Below, in pieces: positions 26,743-34,898 of a DNA stretch of 50,494 nt (position 1 is the first letter of the stretch; each line of letters begins with the position of its first letter). The DNA is from a virus. Lineage: Duplodnaviria > Caudoviricetes. The notes beneath the pieces are model-generated. The model was not told the origin of the DNA. It was given only the letters and a program-made list of their open reading frames with translations, and made no database searches. The position numbers were made by a program, and so were the translations under genes. Location: positions 1 to 50,494 of the IMG/VR virus record IMGVR_UViG_3300020020_000046; one strand, written 5' to 3'.

Positions 26743-26867
26743 CCCGCCGCCCGTGGGCCTGCCGGGTCTGCCGCCTCGTCAACTGGCCGACCACGATGGC
26801 CGGCCGATCCCGGCGACGCTGCCACAAGTGCAACGCGCCACGACCACGAAAGGAGCTCACCCGATGA
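26739..26867 (+). CDS. RanBP2-type-like Zn-finger peptide, 42 aa
   Basis: WACRVCRLVNW...CHKCNAPRP; ATGA coupling at both ends. Confidence 0.6.
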   Translation: MTRRPWACRVCRLVNWPTTMAGRSRRRCHKCNAPRPRKELTR

Positions 26868-27109
26868 CCGACCACGATCTCGCCGAGTTTGATCGCGGCG
26901 TACAGCTCGCGCAGCGCGGACGCGGACGCGACCCGCGCCGTATCCGCGTCTCAGAAGCCCGCCAGCGGCCGCCGGCCGCCGGCCGGGCCCCGGAGCCCGT
27001 CCCCGGCTGGTATGACCGCCTGGGGGTGTTCCTGCTCGCCCTGCTGGCCATCCTGGCGGGGCTCGCCGCCGCTGCCCAGCTTGGCGCCTTCGGCCCGGGG
27101 GCGGCATGA
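26864..27109 (+). CDS. Small membrane protein, 81 aa
   Basis: AAGGAG RBS; C-terminal TM helix. Confidence 0.65.
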   Translation: MTDHDLAEFDRGVQLAQRGRGRDPRRIRVSEARQRPPAAGRAPEPVPGWYDRLGVFLLALLAILAGLAAAAQLGAFGPGAA

Positions 27110-27429
27110 CGACGATCCGCGAGGGTGACCGCGTCGAGGTCGTCGCCCCGCATCCCGAAGCCGGCGCGCGCGGCATCGTCGAGCGCCTGTTCCGGGCGAA
27201 CGTCGACTACGAGCGCCGCGCCCGCGTCCGGTTCGCCCCGCCCTACGGGCAGGGGAGCGAGATCATCGGGCTACGGATGCTCGAAGCGCTGCCGCCGCCG
27301 ACTCCGACGCGGGCGCACGAGCTGCGCGCGTTCGATGACCGGCGCCGATCGACGTGGCGACGTTCGGCCGGTCCGCATAGCGCCGGCGTCGACGAGCGGC
27401 GCAGCGGCGAGGAACGGCGGACGCGATGA
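27106..27429 (+). CDS. KOW/SH3-like small protein, 107 aa
   Basis: IREGDRVEVV...GARGIVERL pattern. Confidence 0.55.
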   Translation: MTTIREGDRVEVVAPHPEAGARGIVERLFRANVDYERRARVRFAPPYGQGSEIIGLRMLEALPPPTPTRAHELRAFDDRRRSTWRRSAGPHSAGVDERRSGEERRTR

Positions 27430-27692
27430 CCGACCTGGCCGACCTTCTCAGCATGGAGGACGCCGCCGAGATCAGCGGTCGGGCTCCGGTCACGATGCGC
27501 ATGGCCGCGGCTCGTGGCGCCCTCGAAGCCAAGCGCATCGGCGATGGCCAGCGCGCCGTATGGGTCACGACCCGGGGGGCGGTCTCCGCCTACATCGCCC
27601 GGGTGGCGACCTACGCGGCGAGTCATCAGCCGCAGTCCCAGCGGCGGCCGGGCGGTCATGTCCGGCGACGAGCACGCGACCGGCCGGACTGA
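27426..27692 (+). CDS. Excisionase-like (HTH_17/MerR-type) DNA-binding protein, 88 aa
   Basis: LLSMEDAAEISG...TMR...RGALEAKRIG...WV. Confidence 0.75.
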   Translation: MTDLADLLSMEDAAEISGRAPVTMRMAAARGALEAKRIGDGQRAVWVTTRGAVSAYIARVATYAASHQPQSQRRPGGHVRRRARDRPD

Positions 27693-28083
27693 TATCCCCC
27701 AGCACCCCGACCACCTTGACGGCCGCCGGATTGACCCGGCGGCCGTTCTGCATGCCCTCGATGAGCTGGACCAGCCTCATCGCGCCCGTCATCCCGCCGA
27801 CCAGCAATGACAGCCGATCCTGGCCACGCAACGCGAGCAGCCACCACGCCTGTTCTGCCGTGGGCGACCCGCCCGCCGCTTTCAGCTCCGCGAATATGAG
27901 CCAGCGGCCGACCGGGAGCACGTAATCGGGGAACCCGGACGGGCTGCGCGTCGAGCGATAGGTGTGATACCAGCGCTGGCGGATGCGGCGGAGGTCGCCC
28001 TCGAGGACGTTGGCGACCGCGGCCTCGAGGGCCGTGTCGACGATGCCTAGTTTCGCGGATCGCTTCGGCCCTCGGCGAGTCAC
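27565..28083 (-). CDS. VRR-NUC (PD-(D/E)xK) nuclease, probable resolvase
   Basis: SGFPDYVL...IFAELKAAGGSPTAEQAWW. Confidence 0.8.
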   Translation of the reverse strand: MTRRGPKRSAKLGIVDTALEAAVANVLEGDLRRIRQRWYHTYRSTRSPSGFPDYVLPVGRWLIFAELKAAGGSPTAEQAWWLLALRGQDRLSLLVGGMTGAMRLVQLIEGMQNGRRVNPAAVKVVGVLGDISPAGRVLVAGHDRPAAAGTAADDSPRRSPPGRCRRRPPPGS

Positions 28084-28283
28084 ACGAGCGTCCAGCCGTC
28101 TCGCAGATAGCGCTTTCCGTGTGCGTGGCAACGGCGGACCGTGACGTCCGGGTTGAGAGGCGACCGGAGCAGCATGTAGCCGCGGTACGTGCATGGCGCT
28201 CCGACTCGCCATTTGGCGACCGTCGACTCGAACGACCCTTCGCAGACCGGGATGTCGCGCGGATCGCTGGCCCGAACGCTCAC
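28080..28283 (-). CDS. Small Cys/His protein, 67 aa
   Basis: GTGA coupling; C..C..CxxH. Confidence 0.55.
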   Translation of the reverse strand: MSVRASDPRDIPVCEGSFESTVAKWRVGAPCTYRGYMLLRSPLNPDVTVRRCHAHGKRYLRDGWTLV

Positions 28284-28768
28284 TGAGCGACCTCCATGCC
28301 GAATATCGGCATCCGCCGTTCCCAGCCGAGCTGTCCGTGCTTGTCGAGCTCGTTCTCCGACTGCGTCCCTTCGTACAGGTGCGACGGGCGACAGCAATGG
28401 CGGACGTTGCGACACTTGTGATTGGCGAACATGCCCGCCGCGATCGGGCGGCCGAGCGCCGCGGCCAGGGCGACGCGGTGCGTCAGGACCAGCGGCTGCC
28501 GGCGCTTACCGTGCTCGTCGACGACGATGTCGCCGCGGATCGTCCCGTAGCCGTCGCTGTTGAGCGCGCCGATGAACACCCAGCACTCGCCGAGCGCCTC
28601 GTTCTCGGGGTATTGCTCGATCCGCAGCTTGGCCATAAGGCGGATCAGGACTGACCGACGACCCTTCGTCCGGCGCTTGCCTTGGCGGTATTCCCGGTCG
28701 TAGACCCGCTTGTATTCGCGTATGTTCTCGCAGGAGCGGACGACGCCGAACTCCGGGTTCGCGGTCAC
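28280..28768 (-). CDS. HNH endonuclease (HNH_3-type)
   Basis: CWVFIG...GYG...THRV...NHKCRNVRHCCRPSHL...TQSEN. Confidence 0.85.
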   Translation of the reverse strand: MTANPEFGVVRSCENIREYKRVYDREYRQGKRRTKGRRSVLIRLMAKLRIEQYPENEALGECWVFIGALNSDGYGTIRGDIVVDEHGKRRQPLVLTHRVALAAALGRPIAAGMFANHKCRNVRHCCRPSHLYEGTQSENELDKHGQLGWERRMPIFGMEVAQ

Positions 28769-29310
28769 GGGTCGACAGAGCCGCCAGAGAGGGCCGAGCA
28801 AACGTCATCGATCGCTGCTTGGAGATCGTCCCGCTGAATGTCGATGTCCCCGGCAGAGAAGCGTCCCGCGAAATGAACGAGCGTCTGTGCCGCCGCCCGT
28901 AGCCGTTCCTCTGCTCCGCTATCGGGGGCTGCAAGGCCCGGACAGGGAAGGTCCACGGGACGCCCGTTCTGCCCGACGACGTACTCGTGCGGCTCGTGCG
29001 GCTCGTTGAACCCGCACTCTCCGAGTCCGCTATCGGGGGCTGGGGTGGCGGCCCCCCTCGGGATTGACCGCATGCGATGCCATTGCTCTTCCGGCGTTTC
29101 GGGCGACTCTCGCGGCTCCTCGGGGCCTGCTGGGGAGAGAACAGAGGCGGCGGCTAGGCGCGCCGGAACGTCCTTGGTTCGCTCCAAGGTGTCGAGCGCC
29201 GCCACCGAGGCACGCCGTCCTCCGAGCCGATATGCCGCGAGCAGTTGCTCCAGCGCCTCTAGGCGGTCGGCGGTGTCCCGTCGCAGCGCCTCTCGGGCTT
29301 GGTCAACCAC
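28765..29310 (-). CDS. Modular hypothetical protein, 181 aa
   Basis: GAGGAG RBS; internal repeat-flanked Cys/His module. Confidence 0.6.
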   Translation of the reverse strand: MVDQAREALRRDTADRLEALEQLLAAYRLGGRRASVAALDTLERTKDVPARLAAASVLSPAGPEEPRESPETPEEQWHRMRSIPRGAATPAPDSGLGECGFNEPHEPHEYVVGQNGRPVDLPCPGLAAPDSGAEERLRAAAQTLVHFAGRFSAGDIDIQRDDLQAAIDDVCSALSGGSVDP

Positions 29311-29608
29311 GATCAGACTCCTCGATGAGACGGCGCGTTGACCGTTCCGCGTCCAGTTCGTCCGCACGATCAGCGACATTCGCCATGAGTCGCCGCTGCA
29401 CTTCCCCGATGGCGTCGTTCCAGCCCTGCCCGTAGTCACCTTTCGGCCGCTTGGCTTTTAGCGACGCGAACTCCACCTTCGCCAGCAGTTCCCGGCGTGC
29501 CTCGGTGGCGGCCTGTTCCTCGATGGCGAGGGCGAGTTTCCGGTGCCACTCGTCGCGGCCAGCGAGCGTCCTCCCGGCTTCGGTCCGGGGTTCCAGGCTG
29601 GCGGTCAC
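29303..29608 (-). CDS. Hypothetical helical protein, 101 aa
   Basis: YGQGWNDAI motif common in small phage proteins. Confidence 0.6.
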   Translation of the reverse strand: MTASLEPRTEAGRTLAGRDEWHRKLALAIEEQAATEARRELLAKVEFASLKAKRPKGDYGQGWNDAIGEVQRRLMANVADRADELDAERSTRRLIEESDRG

Positions 29609-29612
29609 GGGG

Positions 29613-30107
29613 TCAGCAGCGATCGCCGAAGTAGGCCACATAGAACCGCCCGAGATCGGCGTTGCCGACGACCCCGACGCCCATCCGCTCGGCCCAACTG
29701 GCGTGCAGGATGGCCTCATGGCTGGGCGAGGCGTGCCATTGCCCCACGATCCACGCGCCCGCGGCGGTGTACGTCACGGGCGGGTCGGGCTCGACGACGC
29801 CGATAATCTCGCCGACGAGGTCCCAGCAGCCGTCGACGCGGCCATGCGAGAAGCCAGCGTGACTGATCCCACCCGTCCGGCGGTACTCGTAGTAGAGCTC
29901 GAGGGCCCGCTCGTGGGCGATGTGGTTGAGCGACGGCGTCGTCGACAGCCAGCCGCGGTGGGCCCGGATGTTGTCGCGCAGCAGCGCCTCGTTGGTGTTG
30001 AGCGCCGTGGCGGTCGTGTGCGTGGCGCTCGCCGGTGGCGCGGTCACGACGAGCAGGGCGGCGAGGATGGCGAGGGCCGCAAGGTACAGGGCCAGGCGCC
30101 GCGTCAT
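29613..30107 (-). CDS. Secreted CAP/SCP-domain protein, 164 aa
   Basis: Signal peptide (ASA site); LNHIAHERA, ISH, GEII, WHASPSHEAIL, MGVGV CAP motifs. Confidence 0.8.
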   Translation of the reverse strand: MTRRLALYLAALAILAALLVVTAPPASATHTTATALNTNEALLRDNIRAHRGWLSTTPSLNHIAHERALELYYEYRRTGGISHAGFSHGRVDGCWDLVGEIIGVVEPDPPVTYTAAGAWIVGQWHASPSHEAILHASWAERMGVGVVGNADLGRFYVAYFGDRC

Positions 30108-30316
30108 CGTCGATGCCTCCCGGCCTTGAGGTGCCGCCGAGCGCGCTGGGACGCGATGAACCACAGAACCGCGATCGCCGCGAGGATGGCCCACACCGCG
30201 ACGATCGTCGGAGCGTCGCGCAGAACCCAGCTGACGGCGCCAGCCAGGACGAGCAGCGCGGTGATGACCACGAGCGCGCCGGCGAAGGCGTCGATCGGGT
30301 CGGGGCGGCGAGTCAT
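30104..30316 (-). CDS. Two-TM membrane protein, 70 aa
   Basis: Two hydrophobic helices and a basic tail. Confidence 0.65.
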   Translation of the reverse strand: MTRRPDPIDAFAGALVVITALLVLAGAVSWVLRDAPTIVAVWAILAAIAVLWFIASQRARRHLKAGRHRR

Positions 30317-30507
30317 CGTGCCCGACCCTTCCCCGGCGCCGGGACCAGCTTGGCCCGCCAGACCGCCTCGGCGAGTCCGCAGTCGCACTTCTCCGGCGCG
30401 GCAGGGATCGAGCCGTGCGACGGGCCCCAGGCAGCGCACGTCGGCAGGTGGGCCCCGTAGGTGCGCAGGTCGGCGGCGAGGACCTTGGTGACCATCGCGT
30501 GGCCCAT
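30313..30507 (-). CDS. Small HxxxC...CxCGL protein, 64 aa
   Basis: Coupled; common phage Zn motif. Confidence 0.6.
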   Translation of the reverse strand: MGHAMVTKVLAADLRTYGAHLPTCAAWGPSHGSIPAAPEKCDCGLAEAVWRAKLVPAPGKGRAR

Positions 30508-30650
30508 CAGCGGCGCCTCTTGGGCTGGGGCTTCGGCTTCGCCCGGTCAGGCAGCTTCTTGCCCTTGGGCGTCTCCGCCTCGAAGCGCTTGGCGACCTCG
30601 GGGAGCTGCGAGTGCAGGTAGCCGCGCTGCTTCTTCGATCGCATCGGCAT
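30507..30650 (-). CDS. Small basic phage protein, 47 aa (MPMRSKKQRGYLHSQLPEVAKRFEAETPKGKKLP)
   Basis: AGGAGG RBS; resembles the widespread MPxKSxxQRxYL phage family. Confidence 0.7.
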   Translation of the reverse strand: MPMRSKKQRGYLHSQLPEVAKRFEAETPKGKKLPDRAKPKPQPKRRR

Positions 30651-30720
30651 GGCGTTCCTCCTGTGTGTGCGTCGGGCGACCCGGCCGGGAACCGTGGCCG
30701 CCCGAGCATAACGTGGTTGG

Positions 30721-31749
30721 CTAGCGGTTGTTGAGCGTTTCGAGGACGACCTTGCCGACGCGGCTGTCGGGGTTGCCGCCGCTGCTGGTGCTCGCCGAGC
30801 ACGACCCTGACGGCATGTTGTTGATGTCGCAGGTCGGTGTCGTGAACTTCGGGTTGACCCATCCGTTGGCCGCCGCGAGCGGTGGCACCGTCCAGTCCTT
30901 CACCTGAACGGAGAAGAAGCTGGACTGCAGCGTGGCGGCCTCGTTGCCGCCGCATTGGTCGCCCCGATCGAGGACCTCGCACGCGAACGTGGCCTTGGTG
31001 GCCTCGTTGGCGATCCACGGGATGCGGGCCGCCTCGTTGAGCTCGAGCCATCCGTGCCACGGGCTGCCCGTCGGCGAGCCGGCGAGGACGGTGAGGGGGT
31101 CGGTGCCGTCGATCGCCCACACGATGCGCCAGGTCTGGAAGGCTGCGCCCTGCAGGCAGTCGGTCTGGTTGCAACTACGCAGCAGCATGAGTCGCGGCGT
31201 CGAATAGCCACCCACACCCTGCACGAAGTGGCCGCCCGCGGTCCCCACCGGGATACGGACAGCCTCGGGCCCGGAGCCGTTCGGGCCATCCTTGACGATG
31301 TCGCCGCCCCACGAGTAGAACAGGTAGATTTGATTGTCGTTGGGGATGCCGAGGATCAGGTTGCCGTTGCTGTCATTCCCGGCGGGACTGTAGATGCCGC
31401 CGTCGTCCTGCAGGTCCGTGTCGCACCCGCTCGCGCAGCGAACCATGCCGACCTGCAGAATCTCGGTCGGGCCACTGCCCGTGACCGCGATCCATTGCGA
31501 CGACGCGCTGAGGACGTCGGTGCCGCTCGCGTCGACGCAGGTCGTCAGAAGGGGATCGTTGACGGTCTGGCCGCCCCAAAAAGCGATGGCGCCGTTGACC
31601 ATCGTCGCGGTGCGATGGCTGTGCTCCGCCTCGAAAACGAGGGGAGCGGTGATGTCCTGGCAGTTGGTGACGGTGGCCGCCGCCGCCGGGGCAGCGAGGA
31701 CCGGGAACAGCAGGGCCGAACAGAGCAATGCCGCGATGAGTCTGCGCAA
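30721..31749 (-). CDS. Secreted protein, possible glutamic peptidase (G1/eqolisin-like) fold, 342 aa
   Basis: GAGGAGG RBS plus TTG; signal peptide; SSQWIAV..ILQVG and ATFACEV segments; many Cys. Confidence 0.55.
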   Translation of the reverse strand: MRRLIAALLCSALLFPVLAAPAAAATVTNCQDITAPLVFEAEHSHRTATMVNGAIAFWGGQTVNDPLLTTCVDASGTDVLSASSQWIAVTGSGPTEILQVGMVRCASGCDTDLQDDGGIYSPAGNDSNGNLILGIPNDNQIYLFYSWGGDIVKDGPNGSGPEAVRIPVGTAGGHFVQGVGGYSTPRLMLLRSCNQTDCLQGAAFQTWRIVWAIDGTDPLTVLAGSPTGSPWHGWLELNEAARIPWIANEATKATFACEVLDRGDQCGGNEAATLQSSFFSVQVKDWTVPPLAAANGWVNPKFTTPTCDINNMPSGSCSASTSSGGNPDSRVGKVVLETLNNR

Positions 31750-31763
31750 GGCGAAAACCTCCT

Positions 31764-33593
31764 CTACTTCGTTGGCTTGCCGACGGTGTCGGCGATCATC
31801 CAACCGTTGTTTGGCGACCAGCGCCCGTAGACGCTGATCTCATCCCCGCGTTGCAGCCAGGGCTCCTCGAGGGAACCGATCTGACTGTCGATGTCGTCGG
31901 ACAGCCCGATCATCACGAGCTCCCCGGTCGTCTTGTGGAGGACGCGCAGCACGGCCACGGGCGTCTTGCCGCGAACGACGCGCTGGATATCGTCGTACAG
32001 GGTGCCAAGCACGAGCTCGTACTCGCCCGGCTCGCCCGTCCGCTGGGGCGGCTTGTCAGAGTCCGCAGGTTGGTCCGTAGATGTCGGCGCAGGCTTCGAT
32101 GGCTCGGCGGAGGTCGGCGGCGCTGAGGCTGCCGCCTCCGGCGAGGTGCTCGGGGGGGATGCCGGCGAGGAGGGCTCGGCCGACGGCTGCGAGGTAGAGC
32201 CAGCGATAGGATCGGCAGGCGTCGACAAAGACTGGTCGAAGGGCAGCTCCGGCGCCGCCGTCTTGACGCTGACCCAGGCGCCGTCGCGACCGACCTGCAC
32301 GTCCTCCATCATGTACGTCGGTGGCGGGCCCCACACTTCCTTGCGGGTCGGGACCTTCGGGTCCTCGCTCCATACGATCTCCTCCACCACGATCCCGACG
32401 AGCCTGACGGCATCGCCGATTTTGATGCCGAACATCGCCGCGGCTTCGGCCAGCGGGCCGAAGATCATGGCCGTGTGCTTGCGATTTCCGACCTTGCCGA
32501 TGATCTCGAGCTTCGAGCGCGGGCCCTCCCAGCGCTTCTCGGTGTGGCCGTCGCGGACGGTGCGTGCGCCCGAGTCGGGCTGCTCCGCCACGACGATCGT
32601 GATGTCCGGTGGACCGCCCTCAAACGGCCCCTGCGGCTCGCTACTACCCGATCGGCCCGATTGTGCCGCTCCACCCCCGTTCTGCCCGCCACGGCCCGCG
32701 TTCGGGCGCTGGCGCGATCCTGACGCATCCCCGCCGGACCGGCCGGAGCCCGGCTGGCCGTCACCTTCGTCGTCGTCCATGTCCTGCGTGAACAGGCCGG
32801 AGCTCGCGGTCCCGCGCAGGACGGCGTCGACGTTGGCCCGCTTCTCCGCCATCTTGAGCAGGGTGTTGAGCAGCTCGTGGGGGTCGACGTTCTCGAGCTT
32901 GCCCGGGTCCTCTTGGTCCTCGATCTCGCCCGTGCCGGCCGGGAAGTTCGCGCCGCAGCCACCGTCACGCGGACCGCACCACCAGCTCTTTTGGCCGGGC
33001 GGCAGCTCCCGATCGCGTGGAGACGTGATGACGGTGTCGGCGCCGCACCGAGGGCAGGTTCGACCCTTCGCGCCGCGGTAGCGGTAGCGCTTCTCCCACG
33101 AGCTCGAGGCGCCCATGCCCTGCGCGATGACCGGGCCGTCGGTCGAGCCCAGGTGCAGGAAGCAGTCGACGACGACGAGGATCGGCGGAGCGGTCTCGTT
33201 GTCGCCGTAGCGGATGTGGTGCTCGAACGAGCTCACGAGGCCGTAGGCCAGCGCGAGCTTCTCGGCGCCGGGCTTGAGCAGGGTCGGGGTCTTGGTGCCC
33301 GGGATGAGGCCGTAGTCCTCGTCCTCGTCCATGATCTCGAGCTTGACCCGCTTCGCCCGCTCGACGCCCTTCTTGAGCATCGTGAGGTTGCGCTCGAACT
33401 CGATGTCGGACATCGCCGCCAGCGCCCCGACGCCGACGGCCACGTGGCCGCGGGTCGGGGTCGTCGGCTCGACGGTCGCCAGCGCGCGGGGCGGGTCCTC
33501 GGGGCCCGAGTCGTCCGCGGGCGGGGTGACGTCCTTGGCCTCGCCCGGGACGATGACGGTGCCCTCGGTGGGCTTGGCGGTCTTGCGTGGCAT
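31764..33593 (-). CDS. Putative ssDNA-annealing protein with Zn ribbon fused to two OB-fold-like domains, 609 aa
   Basis: PTLLKPGAEKL...NTLLKMAEKRA.VDAV..GLFTQD core; CPRC/CGPRDGGC insert; two C-terminal GDxVxxxG OB-like segments. Confidence 0.6.
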   Translation of the reverse strand: MPRKTAKPTEGTVIVPGEAKDVTPPADDSGPEDPPRALATVEPTTPTRGHVAVGVGALAAMSDIEFERNLTMLKKGVERAKRVKLEIMDEDEDYGLIPGTKTPTLLKPGAEKLALAYGLVSSFEHHIRYGDNETAPPILVVVDCFLHLGSTDGPVIAQGMGASSSWEKRYRYRGAKGRTCPRCGADTVITSPRDRELPPGQKSWWCGPRDGGCGANFPAGTGEIEDQEDPGKLENVDPHELLNTLLKMAEKRANVDAVLRGTASSGLFTQDMDDDEGDGQPGSGRSGGDASGSRQRPNAGRGGQNGGGAAQSGRSGSSEPQGPFEGGPPDITIVVAEQPDSGARTVRDGHTEKRWEGPRSKLEIIGKVGNRKHTAMIFGPLAEAAAMFGIKIGDAVRLVGIVVEEIVWSEDPKVPTRKEVWGPPPTYMMEDVQVGRDGAWVSVKTAAPELPFDQSLSTPADPIAGSTSQPSAEPSSPASPPSTSPEAAASAPPTSAEPSKPAPTSTDQPADSDKPPQRTGEPGEYELVLGTLYDDIQRVVRGKTPVAVLRVLHKTTGELVMIGLSDDIDSQIGSLEEPWLQRGDEISVYGRWSPNNGWMIADTVGKPTK

Positions 33594-34570
33594 CAGTCGG
33601 GGTCCTCGGCATCAGGGTCGGCGAGCTCGATCTCGGGCAGCAGGTTCTCGACCTCGAGGAAGTCGTGGATGCGATCGTAGTGCTCGCTGAACGCGGACAG
33701 TGTCGCCTGGCCGTCGGCCTCGAACTTGGCGCGCTCCTCCCACTTGTCCGTGTCGATGTGCGGCCGGAGTCGCTCGGTGATGAGCGCCCGCAGGACCCTC
33801 GGCGGCAGGGCGTCGAGCTCCCAGCTCTCGGTGCCGTACTGGCTGATGTAGCCCGCCGCGCGGCTGTCGGTGATCTTCGCCGGATTGGGCGGCGGGTTGT
33901 ATTGCTCGACCTGCGGCATGTTGAGCGCGATCCGCTCGACGGTCAGGTCGGACGAGTTGTAGCTGTCGCCGTCGAGGAACAGCTCGAGACGGGCGGTGAT
34001 GTCGCGCGTCATGTCGATGCCCGACGGGTCATGGTCGCCGAGGTGCAGGATCGTGACCTGCTCGACATCGTCCTCGTCGAGATAGCCCTCGATGCGCTGC
34101 GCGGCCGCCCACACCTCGCTCGCCGACGTGTAGCCGCGGCAGGAAAAGAACGGGGTCCGCAACGGATTGGCGGCCCGCGCGACGACGTCGACCAGCGCGT
34201 CCTTCTCGACCCACACCTCGACGCGCTCCGGCTGGCCCTCCCACAGCGCGGCGTAGAACGCGAGGTCCTGCACGACGACCTTCGGGTCGCTGTCGGCGCC
34301 GTCGCCCCCGCGCACGTTGCGGGTCCGGTCGGTGATGCTCGTCCAGTCGACGAGCCCGGCGTAGCGGGCATTGTTGATGATCCCGCCGAGGCGCTTGTAT
34401 TCCTTGTCGTCGTTCGGCAACCATGCCTTCGAGACGAACTGGTAGTAAAGCTGGCGGAGGCTCAGGGTGTCGCCACCGGCCTCGATCTCCTCGATGATCT
34501 CGTTGGCCTGGTCGACGATGGCCAGATGGGCCGCGGGGAGCCGGATGTCACGGTAGGCGATCTTCGGCAT
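33593..34570 (-). CDS. Topoisomerase VI-A/Spo11-like TOPRIM nuclease, 325 aa
   Basis: Winged-helix LRQLYYQ (catalytic-Tyr motif), TOPRIM WVEKDA and GDHDPSG (DxD), ELDAL. Confidence 0.85.
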   Translation of the reverse strand: MPKIAYRDIRLPAAHLAIVDQANEIIEEIEAGGDTLSLRQLYYQFVSKAWLPNDDKEYKRLGGIINNARYAGLVDWTSITDRTRNVRGGDGADSDPKVVVQDLAFYAALWEGQPERVEVWVEKDALVDVVARAANPLRTPFFSCRGYTSASEVWAAAQRIEGYLDEDDVEQVTILHLGDHDPSGIDMTRDITARLELFLDGDSYNSSDLTVERIALNMPQVEQYNPPPNPAKITDSRAAGYISQYGTESWELDALPPRVLRALITERLRPHIDTDKWEERAKFEADGQATLSAFSEHYDRIHDFLEVENLLPEIELADPDAEDPD

Positions 34571-34898
34571 CGGTGTCCTCCTGTGCTACGGGGGCCGGCC
34601 GACGGAGCCGGGCCGTGATCCACGCGATGAGCCGCTGCCACGGCGTCGGGCGGGCCGCGATGGGGAGCCCGGCGGTCTCGAGGTGAATGACGAACCCGCC
34701 GCCGGGCAGGCCCTTGACGCCGATCTGTCGGCGGAGCTGGCCGATGGTGTATTCGCGGGCCACCGCGAGGCGCCGGTCGGGGCCCTCGCCGTAGGCCAGC
34801 AGGACTGCGTTGAGGATGTCGAGCAGGTCGTCGTTCTTCGAGGCCAGCAGGATCGCCGCCTGGCGCGCGTCGACGTGCCGGCGCACCGAGCGGTTCAC
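34548..34898 (-). CDS. Hypothetical protein, 116 aa
   Basis: GTGA coupling. Confidence 0.6.
   Translation of the reverse strand: MNRSVRRHVDARQAAILLASKNDDLLDILNAVLLAYGEGPDRRLAVAREYTIGQLRRQIGVKGLPGGGFVIHLETAGLPIAARPTPWQRLIAWITARLRRPAPVAQEDTDAEDRLP

Noticed and set aside
33593-34570. Wadjet system or complete topoisomerase VI
   Set aside because: No SMC/kleisin genes or GHKL B subunit in the genome
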